Both the position numbers and the translations under genes were made by a program. Positions 28,201 to 34,723 of a DNA stretch of 64,000 nucleotides are shown here, one piece after another. This DNA is from Myxococcales bacterium. GTDB taxonomy: Bacteria > Myxococcota_A > Polyangia > Polyangiales > SLQV01. The stretch covers positions 568 through 64,567 of the forward strand of contig SLQV01000005.1 in assembly GCA_007131285.1 (NCBI GenBank), written 5' to 3'. The notes under the pieces are model-generated. The model searched no databases and was not told the DNA's origin. It was given only the letters and a program-made list of their open reading frames with translations. Each line of letters begins with the position of its first letter. Position 1 is the first letter of the stretch.

Positions 28201-30919
28201 AACGACCCACCCGCATAAAGTCCACCGGACGAAAAATCTGAGTGCCCACGTGCTCGCGCAGTGCGATCCTACCTTGTTTGACCGCTTCTTCGGGAGATGA
28301 GGCATCGGCCATGCTTGTTACCCAAGGAATCGCCAGCGAGGCACTCTCTCGAATTCGCGGGTCCCGCGCGACAGCGCGGCCGGCGGGCTCGACGAACTTG
28401 GAATGGAAGGCTCCCGAAACCCCTAGCCGACGACCAGCGACTTTCTTCTGGCGAGCCACGCTTTCAAGCTGCTTAATCGCGGTCTCATCTCCAGAAACGA
28501 TGGTTTGGCGGGGGCTATTGATGTTCGCGATGACGAGATAGCCTCTGACCTGCTCGATGAGGAGCTGAGCGGTGGCGGCATCGCAACCAAGTCCCAACAT
28601 TGCACCCGTCTGACACTCCGCCATGGCCTGACCGCGAATGGCAGCGAGTTGGATGACTTCTTTATCGTCGAGGGCGCCGGCCACGTAGAGGGCGGCGAGC
28701 TCGCCGAGGGAATGACCCGCCACGATGCAAGGCTCAAGGCCAAGCTCATCGCGCAGGTATTTGCACCACAGCACCGTGCTGAAGATGACGACTGGCTCAG
28801 TGTGGGCGGGCTTGGCAAGCCGCGTCGCCCAGGCTTTCTCAGCAGCTTCTGTGCGCACGTATTCGGCAGCTGGATAGAGCAATGCGGATACGGGCGCGCT
28901 CCCGACTTCGGCTAGCCAGGCGTCGGCCTGCGCCAGGAAAGCCTGTGCCCAAGGTAGGCGCGCCAACAGGTGCGCGGCGCAGCCGATGAACTGCGCCCCC
29001 TGTCCGGGAAAGACCCAGCCCACCCGGGGGGCTTGCGGTGCCGTATTGTTCGCGGCCGCCAGGCTTAGCCAGATGCGGCGGTCGCTGGAATGCCACAGCG
29101 GGAACGAACCTGATGACGCCTCCCCCGGTTGCGCGGCATCCGGCTCTTCAAGCTTGGCAAGCAAGCGCTCGAGGGCATCCGCCAAACCCAGCGGGTCTTC
29201 CGCGACGACCGCGGCCCGGTGCGGCGCGGCGTGCCCAAGGGCTTCCGCGCGCTGGCAGCTTTGGGCACTCAGGTCAGGCATTTCACCGACGGCCATGCCG
29301 CGACAGTGCAGCAGCAATTCGGCGGCAGCTTGGACGAGTTCCGCGCGCGTGGCAGCTGCCAAAGGAAACACTTCACTGTCTTGATAGGAAGCCAGCAAGG
29401 CGTTTTCGCTCAGCGTTGGCGTGAGTCGGTTGTCGGGCTTGGGGCCGGATTCAAGTGTAATATGGCTATTGATGCCGCCGAAACCCATCGCCGAAACGCC
29501 AGCGCGCACATTCGCTTCTGGACTACGCGCCTCGCCGCGCAGCAGCGGGTAGAGAACGCGGGCGTCTTGTTCAAAGACGGGACTTGGCTGCGCACAGCCA
29601 ACCGTCGGCGGCACGATGCGCCGATTGACCGCCATCACAGCCTTAATCAGGCCACCGATGCCGGCGGCCGCTTTGGTATGGCCCACCAAGGACTTAAAGG
29701 AGGTGATACCTATCGCCGGGGCGGCGGTGGCGGGTGCCGGCTCGGCTTCCGCCGCGAACCAGTCGTGGGCTAGCTGTATGCCCTTAAGCTCGATGGCGTC
29801 GCCAACGGGGGTTCCGGTTCCGTGTCCCTCAATGAAGTCCAGTGCCTGGGGTGGGTATCCGGCGCGGCGGTACGCACGTTCGAGCGCCAGTGCCTGGCCA
29901 CGGACTGTCGGGGCAGTGATGCCGCCCTTGCCGTCCGATGAGATACCCCAGCCGCATAGCGTGGCGTAGATGGCGTCACCGTCGCGCAGGGCGTCGGCGT
30001 AGCGCTTTAGGATAACGATGCCACAGCCCTCGCCAGGGATGAAACCCGATGCACGTTTATCGTAAACGCGCATTTCCGTGGGCGTGAGCGCCCCAACCTT
30101 CGAAAAGCCGATAAGCTCAAAGGTATCGATGCTGATGTCGACGCCGCCCGCTAGGGCGACATCAATATCGCCGCGAACCAAGGCATCGGCCGCCGAAATC
30201 GTCGCTAAGAGCGACGACGAACACGCACCATCCACAACGTAGCCGCCGCCGTGGAGGTCGAGGTAGTTACAGACGCGGCCCGGGATGGTGTTTGACAGGT
30301 TGCCCGCGAGGGTATCTTCGTCAAAGGCCGGGAACACCGATTTGTACTGCGCTTCCGTCTCTTCCAGCAAGCCGGCGAGCGTGCCAGCGTCGAGGCCCTG
30401 GGCGACTGCGGCAGCTGTGATCGCCCGCGCGACAAAGGGCCAGCGCAGGCGCATCGACAATGCGCGGCACTGTTCACCGGTCAGCGTGTTGCCCAGGACG
30501 GCTGCGGTGCGATCTTTTGGCAGCTCGCGGCCCCCCGGACCGTAGCCCGCATCTGCCACGGCCTGCAGCGCCACCTCCAGCGCCAGCCAGTGGGCGATGT
30601 CGGTGACCTCCACTGTACTTTTAGGTATGCGGCGCTTAGCCCAATCGAAAACGAAACCGTCGATGAGCCCCGCGCGGGTGCTGTAGGTTTTGTCGGGCGT
30701 TTTTCGGTCTGGATCGTGGTAGTCAGTGAGGCGCAGGCGACAGTCCGGCATACGGCGGAAACCCTGGCGTCGTGACAGGATATTCTCCCAAAGCGCGACA
30801 GGGTTATCCGCACCAGGGTAGCGGCAACCGATGCCGATAACCGCGATGCGTGCGTCCGCAGCCACAGCACGGATCGACGCGCCAGGCGTGGGCGACTGAG
30901 GGGGATGGTGGATGGTCAT
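22262..30919 (-). CDS. iterative type I polyketide synthase, enediyne-PksE-like: KS-AT-ACP-ACP-KR-DH-PPTase plus C-terminal double hotdog (4HBT-like) thioesterase region
   Basis: Approximate domain positions: KS at about 29450-30850 (DGACSSS, EGHGTGT, GHTKAAAG). AT at about 28130-29026 (GQGAQ, GHSLGE). ACP1 at about 27155-27382 (LDDLNLDSIKTAEL). ACP2 at about 26660-26887 (LDDLNLDSIKVAEL). KR at about 25040-26392 (VLVTGGAKGITG). DH at about 24110-24997 (HCFEGRYLLP = HxxxGxxxxP). PPTase-like at about 23435-24052 (GCDLATV, WAIHESVFKESG). Hotdog-like halves at about 22370-23347 (SNLVGNVYFSNYIFWQEAARDWF). Confidence 0.9.
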   Translation of the reverse strand: MTIHHPPQSPTPGASIRAVAADARIAVIGIGCRYPGADNPVALWENILSRRQGFRRMPDCRLRLTDYHDPDRKTPDKTYSTRAGLIDGFVFDWAKRRIPKSTVEVTDIAHWLALEVALQAVADAGYGPGGRELPKDRTAAVLGNTLTGEQCRALSMRLRWPFVARAITAAAVAQGLDAGTLAGLLEETEAQYKSVFPAFDEDTLAGNLSNTIPGRVCNYLDLHGGGYVVDGACSSSLLATISAADALVRGDIDVALAGGVDISIDTFELIGFSKVGALTPTEMRVYDKRASGFIPGEGCGIVILKRYADALRDGDAIYATLCGWGISSDGKGGITAPTVRGQALALERAYRRAGYPPQALDFIEGHGTGTPVGDAIELKGIQLAHDWFAAEAEPAPATAAPAIGITSFKSLVGHTKAAAGIGGLIKAVMAVNRRIVPPTVGCAQPSPVFEQDARVLYPLLRGEARSPEANVRAGVSAMGFGGINSHITLESGPKPDNRLTPTLSENALLASYQDSEVFPLAAATRAELVQAAAELLLHCRGMAVGEMPDLSAQSCQRAEALGHAAPHRAAVVAEDPLGLADALERLLAKLEEPDAAQPGEASSGSFPLWHSSDRRIWLSLAAANNTAPQAPRVGWVFPGQGAQFIGCAAHLLARLPWAQAFLAQADAWLAEVGSAPVSALLYPAAEYVRTEAAEKAWATRLAKPAHTEPVVIFSTVLWCKYLRDELGLEPCIVAGHSLGELAALYVAGALDDKEVIQLAAIRGQAMAECQTGAMLGLGCDAATAQLLIEQVRGYLVIANINSPRQTIVSGDETAIKQLESVARQKKVAGRRLGVSGAFHSKFVEPAGRAVARDPRIRESASLAIPWVTSMADASSPEEAVKQGRIALREHVGTQIFRPVDFMRVGRSLAEGCDLVIELGPGRTLSGLLGDQFAARSANARPFVFPVEARAERRLEFHQLVAVLFATGAPLRLQNLFAGRAVRAFVPAQARAFIANYCEGLPASPEPRVARPAQLSAAAQHDAWLPIRRPSGLTPEQFAAYASERAEFLESVTQVVAVDARSRGFGPAAPATITRGAVAPVLNRASRQELGAEWSADQSTAAQLRVESAPEVAGALPQPASIFESTPEAEVEISRSQVSAPAAAPESSDALQSVATTGLQLVPDAGESLAASSSLAPGRQAEVFAYIQDRVSQRTGFPPDSLTPDLRLLDDLNLDSIKTAELSAEAAAHFQIEPAPDAMRVANASLEELAVLLSAELPAAPPRGPEAVVSRAVPVVSPEGASTSAERYPGVRADAFGVATVGAPQPANTLAMPAPDVRATDSSGARIALSEGPEMIETLASPISGPDVLTEVCERVAQRTGYPKESLDPGLRLLDDLNLDSIKVAELVGELAQACALDVAALDATRFANASLGELAEALNAQTGTRASDAPRAPARVEATSAQRTPAGSEARPAADALPAPAASPRERLISRVAPVTSSADAPRFSSERASEVRAAVPAKARIGALPARQTQEAAGAPWVRHFAQEWRVDALGKPARTDWPAGQRVRVAALGSASGPDAERFSGVLGRLGGQSEVLRLDASLRSALDASVAALCVFYTPTAGALSFEESVAQLAALAQALPAARPDLALAFIEVGEATAHDGFVCGLAAFAASLHHERPSLRVRVLELPAACPSGECAGFLGAEFGTPIAFDHVRYDTSGERWITGHRLLQPEQSPPRRVRLGSGDVVLVTGGAKGITGACAAAWASRDGVTLALVGRSPHARVAAELDALRAQGIRCEYFSVDLADPAAVDALVAQVHVRLGHIRAVVHGAGLNQVRRAELVNAESARAEVAPKLHGALALLEALERRQTQQLPDLIIGLTSVIGVTGMPGNAWYAFANDSLDRSLAHFAARHPQVEVSTLAYSVWSDVGMGHRLGSVEALARTGTAALSPDQGVEGFLALVDVRPSAQQVIVTSRLGGLDTWRSLEPALPATGPGSKEHLRFIDEVICCEPGVEAIVRTTLSVEHDDFIRDHCFEGRYLLPAVFGLEAMAQAVALVAGRVQLTPLTVENAEFFRPVDVSVEASTAILITVRATSAESVTRFGASLSTANGTIHPPVCFKAKFALGLSGEYAENQPPLVLPRRLPVDLELQGVYGTLLFHGPTFRRVSAVHDLTDAGGLFSIDDKFARFPASSSGRWVLGDPFARDAQLQCLQLSLSPGRALPMAIDTLRVHRTASVSGRRAVRTQVVDRIDGKLATVRATVCDENGDVTETMEACSVRIVATDERLPRASDIRSGWLVHERALRSKIDFIARTRGLEPPAVRLRFMPGLQTMSREDRHQHEAGLLADTVASLRATLPPDGEQYVPEISWDAQTGKPLVSSPELGVSLSQDNLLCLVVAGVGSQGCDLATVNARTESQWRQLLGEETLSLAGGLIRQGWKKDAACTALWAIHESVFKESGDRNAPLHLLQVTDDQSAVFRAKTNAGEPIDHAVFQVSIGQVDYIVAMSAGAVALRRQSASDENQGDSVGLEAKSTPDSIDGGPMRLASFEYRESAGPQSEDIFVHRFPLSCVDIQSLLRRVRAGTFATWAGKVRELFGLESAAYHEKLYSMLGSNELTSVTNEFSTEIIDHPVASDLIEVHFFVTAVSPEKCTLVWHWFARDGNGHSRRRVLGRSLMDVSAVKVISHGVVRPDPWPDFFLDYNRGRGPKSKVSDSLARRRTSAEIHLGDALFQREPGPKRGPLLHTHSFETGLAQSNLVGNVYFSNYIFWQEAARDWFVHGVSREYLEEVRPLGEFLCTDVKVKHLNETMPFSTIEVEMTLDALFTSACALSFDYFRVKRNGERVKLATGSHTAVWYAPSGTGIAVAEIPEGLVEAMLDRAKPSLESGVEFVGFGVPLMRGGARA

Positions 30920-31217
30920 CTCGCCGGGTTCCCGAAGCAGCTAGACATGTAAATGCGACAGCCACCGCTGACCGTCGCAAAGCGTTTACCTCGAATATGC
31001 CCCGAACGCGAATGTGCTCTTCGGCTGCCATGACCCTAGACCTGGGCCATGCTCCATAAAGCCAAATGAAAACAAAGACGAACGTCTTTCACGTTCCCAA
31101 ATCGTCACGTTTATTTCACCCAATCGCAACCTTTGGACTCTATTCGACCGCAGGCGAACCGGGCCGTTAAGGAACCGGGCGACGATCTAAGCCGCGCGCG
31201 GCTTAGCCTAATACCAG

Positions 31218-31291
<74 letters not shown>

Positions 31292-31852
31292 ATCATCTCG
31301 ATGACGCTTACTTAAGCATCTGACCCCGGCGAGCGGCGTGCTGACAGCGAGGCCGCTCGGACCCATGTGATGCCTCCACACCTACTGGTGCGCATCCTGT
31401 CGCCCCTTTTCGTTCTTTCCGTGCCAAAGCGAAGTGCGCCGCAGGCTAGCACAAACGCGCCCCCGTCATCGAGCGGGGAGCTGTCAGACGCCCGATATCT
31501 AGAATCGGGACCCCACTTAGGCACCGCAGGTAGCACCCAGGGGGCATGTGCATCAACCACGCGGGAAAGTATTGGAATCCTTGCAGGAGTTTCGGGCATC
31601 GCGCCCGGCCGAGGCGCATGGCCTGGGACGCCAGGCATGTTCGATCGTTTCGGCCCCTGCGCGACACTTGGAGCCAGCTGGAACGCAACCGAGCTTGTAA
31701 AGCTCGGCCCTGGCACACGGATCAGTTACAGCACACGAAACACCTCGCGGAAAGCAACCCCCAGCGTACGCGTCGCGGACCGCCGTCATCCCCTCAACAC
31801 TTCGAATGCCCCCTTGAGAGATTATCGACTAAAGCCGCGCTCCACTCGTGGG

Positions 31853-32386
31853 CTAGGCGAACTCTATGAGCGAGTGACAGGGCACGTCGCCCAAGCGTTG
31901 GCGGCCACGCAAGGAGGAGAGTTCGATGAGGAAGCCGCAGCCGAGAATATGTCCGCCTTGCTTGCGTACCAGCTCACAGGCCGCCCAGGAGGTGCCACCG
32001 GTGGCGAGTAGGTCGTCGATAACGAGGACCCGAGCGCCGGGCTGAATAGCGCCCTCGTGCATTTCAAGAGTATCGGTGCCGTATTCGAGCTGGTATTCGA
32101 CGCTGAGTCGCTTCCACGGCAGCTTTTTTGGCTTGCGCGCCGGAACAAAGGCCGCATCAAGGCGTTCGGCGACTGAGGCACCGAAGATAAAGCCGCGAGA
32201 CTCAATACCGACAACGACATCGACGTCTTGCGCCGCGAAGGGCGAGGACAAACCCACCGTCGCCGCGCGAAAGGCGCGGGGTTCCGCGAGGAGAGGCGTG
32301 ATATCTTTGAAGTTAATACCCGGCCTGGGAAAGTCGGGCACTTCTCGAATGAGAGACGCCAAGTCAATGGGTGCGCGCAATGTCAT
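31853..32386 (-). CDS. apt: adenine phosphoribosyltransferase
   Basis: FPRPGINFKDITPLL, VVGIESRGFIFG, PRPP motif VLVIDDLLATGGT. Confidence 0.92.
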   Translation of the reverse strand: MTLRAPIDLASLIREVPDFPRPGINFKDITPLLAEPRAFRAATVGLSSPFAAQDVDVVVGIESRGFIFGASVAERLDAAFVPARKPKKLPWKRLSVEYQLEYGTDTLEMHEGAIQPGARVLVIDDLLATGGTSWAACELVRKQGGHILGCGFLIELSSLRGRQRLGDVPCHSLIEFA

Positions 32387-32805
32387 GAAAACTCTCCGAG
32401 TCCCGCCGTTCCGTCTTCAGTTAGGTGCGCCGCAACGCTGCAGACACCTGCTCACCGACGGTTCAAGCACAAAGGCGCTACCGAGACAAACCCTAATACG
32501 GTTTAGCGACCGGCTTAAGCTTGGACGGCTGCACGCCGAGGACGCTGGCTCAAGCCGCGCGGGACGCTCCATACTTGCCTGAGACCATCGTATTTCTCGA
32601 CATATCAAGAGCATGGCACAGACCAACCGATCGTTCGCGTGGCCGCGAGCCATTTCACCACTTCTTTTCTCTGATCCACAGGCGCACTCACTTTCCACGG
32701 CGTGACAAAGGGCGGACGTGTCCCTCTTACCTGAGCCTGTAGGCTGCAGCGCCAGCTATTCGTGTCGGCCATCACATGTAGGCCGAACTTACCCTGCTAG
32801 CCGTG

Positions 32806-33621
32806 TCATCTGTGTGTGACGGGGACGTCGGCTAGGTGGTCGGCAAGGTTACGGTGGCTTTCGGAGGTGGGATTCAGACAGAGTGCGGTCACAGAGACGA
32901 AGCCTTGGGCAACGGCAGCGGTATCTGTATCCGGAGCGTCATCGATACCTGCCCGCGTTGCTAGAGCTGGGCCGCCCAACCAGAGGTAGTCCTGGCCACG
33001 AGGGTCTTGGCGTGTCGTGACTTGGTCTCCGTAACGCCTCAGGCCCAGCACCGTGGCGCGCACGCCGCCGAACGCGGCGCCTTCCGGAAAGTTCACGTTA
33101 ATCAACGGGGAGGAAACCCCCGCGGTGGCCACGGTCACCAGACGTTCGACGAGGCGCCCGGCCCAGGCCGCCGCGTGGGCGCCGATTGAGCCACCGCACT
33201 GCGAAAACGCAATGCTTGGCAGACCGCGCAGGGCACCCTCCCGCGCCGCCGCCACTGTCCCGGAATAGTAGACGTCTTGGCCGAGGTTAGCGCCGTGATT
33301 GATGCCGGACACCACCGCAGCCGGTCTTCGCCCCAACACTTCAGCGTGGTGCAGGGCCACATACACGCAATCAGCGGGCGTTCCGTCAAGGGCGTGCACA
33401 CCGTGCGCCAAAACGCGGTGCCTCAGCGGCCGGTGGAGGGTAACTGAGTGCGAGTTTGCACTTTGATTGCGTTCCGGCGCGACAACCACGACATCGGCGA
33501 AGCGCGCGCAAGCTTCCTTAAGCGCTTCAAGTCCCGGAGCGAAGACCCCGTCGTCATTGGTCACCAGCAACAGAGGACGTGCATGCATCACTGGGGCCCC
33601 AGGGTTGCCCACCAAGGGCAA
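32806..33621 (-). CDS. surE: 5'/3'-nucleotidase SurE
   Basis: LLLVTNDDGVFAPGLEAL, SGINHGANLGQDVYYSGTVAAAREG. The start may be the Met at 33588. Confidence 0.9.
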   Translation of the reverse strand: MPLVGNPGAPVMHARPLLLVTNDDGVFAPGLEALKEACARFADVVVVAPERNQSANSHSVTLHRPLRHRVLAHGVHALDGTPADCVYVALHHAEVLGRRPAAVVSGINHGANLGQDVYYSGTVAAAREGALRGLPSIAFSQCGGSIGAHAAAWAGRLVERLVTVATAGVSSPLINVNFPEGAAFGGVRATVLGLRRYGDQVTTRQDPRGQDYLWLGGPALATRAGIDDAPDTDTAAVAQGFVSVTALCLNPTSESHRNLADHLADVPVTHR

Positions 33622-33713
33622 ATCAGACGCAGCTTACGGGAGGCGCCGGCCCCGCGCGAGCGATTCGTCCTCACTACGCCTTAGGTTAACGCTGCACTCG
33701 TGAACTCGCCACC

Positions 33714-33793
33714 CAGTCATCCAGCCACTCAGTCATCCAGCCACTCAGTCATCCAGCCACTAAGTCACCCTGGCTCGAAGTCACCCTGGCTCG
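33714..33793. repeat. 16-bp minisatellite: 3 x cagtcatccagccact followed by 2 x aagtcaccctggctcg
   Basis: Five head-to-tail 16-bp units read directly (33714-33761 and 33762-33793). The two unit types share about 10 of 16 positions. Confidence 0.9.
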
Positions 33794-33947
33794 AACGGCA
33801 TGGGTTCCCGCCAGCACACCAAAGGTGCCACGCGTACCACTTACAGCTTACCCACCGATATGTTCCGACTTTCGTCGACCCGAACACAGCCCGCCTGAAA
33901 CTCAGCTACCTGAAGTCTCACCGCGAACGGTGACCGGGTCGACGCAG

Positions 33948-34022
33948 TCGGGGCGACTGGATTCGAACCAGCGACCCCTAGACCCCCAGTCTAGTGCGCT
34001 AACCAGACTGCGCCACGCCCCG
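33948..34022 (-). tRNA. tRNA-Pro (anticodon GGG)
   Basis: Manual cloverleaf: CGGGGCG TG GCGC AGTCTGGTTA GCGC A CTAGA CTGGGGG TCTAG GGGTC GCTGG TTCGAAT CCAGT CGCCCCG A. 75 nt. Confidence 0.9.
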
Positions 34023-34107
34023 AGCAGCAAGCATCCCCATGGGGACCGCCGCGGCGCCTATAAAGCACGTTTAGCGGGGCATCGCAAGGCACAAGGGAGA
34101 GCCGGCG

Positions 34108-34437
34108 TTACGTATTTTTGCGGTTCGGGTTGAGGGCGGCCTTCAGCACTTGGCTGGGTTTGAAGGTCAGGACTCGGCGCGCGGTGATGGGCAACGGTTC
34201 TCCGGTTTGCGGGTTGCGGCCCATCCGTTCGCGTTTCGAACGCACCACAAAGTTACCGAAGCCGGAGACCTTAAGCTTATCGCCTTGAGCGATAACCTGC
34301 TTCATCGTTTCAAAGACACGCTCGACGAGATCGGCGGCTTCTTTCTTCGAGAGACCGCTGACCCGCTGATAAACATATTCGACGATTTCCGCCTTCGTCG
34401 TGGAACCTTGCTCGGACTGCTCTACTCGGCTTGGCAC
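34108..34437 (-). CDS. ihfA: integration host factor subunit alpha (HU/IHF family)
   Basis: LSKKEAADLVERVFETMKQVIAQGDKLKVSGFGNFVVRSKRERMGRNPQTGEPLPITARRVLTFKPS. The conserved pheT-ihfA gene order supports the alpha-subunit call. Confidence 0.8.
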   Translation of the reverse strand: MPSRVEQSEQGSTTKAEIVEYVYQRVSGLSKKEAADLVERVFETMKQVIAQGDKLKVSGFGNFVVRSKRERMGRNPQTGEPLPITARRVLTFKPSQVLKAALNPNRKNT

Positions 34438-34723
34438 GCTTAATCCCCCCCAACCATCAATGGCCTATCTCAGACCGAGACCACACATTTAGAGATTCCC
34501 CTAAATTTACCTCAATATGCAAGCCCGTACTGCTCCGTCCAAAAAGGATAGTGCGCCTAGGCAACACGTGTCCAATGCGCTCCGGACAATTAAACGCCCA
34601 ACCCCGCCGTTCTGGGCGCCACCGAAGCGCGGCAATGTAGCGGGTTTTTCCGGGGTTTGGGAGAGATCGAGCTGCGGCTCGAGCCACCCGCGAGACCAAG
34701 GAGGGGTGCGAAACACCAGTGAT

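Noticed and set aside
31312-32011. 134-aa (minus) and 214-aa (plus) ORFs between tRNA-Arg and apt
   Set aside because: Both translations are Pro/Arg/Ser/Gly-rich and non-protein-like, and the 214-aa ORF runs antisense into apt. I also looked in 31292-31852 for RNase P, tmRNA and SRP hallmarks and found none. The roughly 560-bp gap remains unexplained but I cannot support a feature there.
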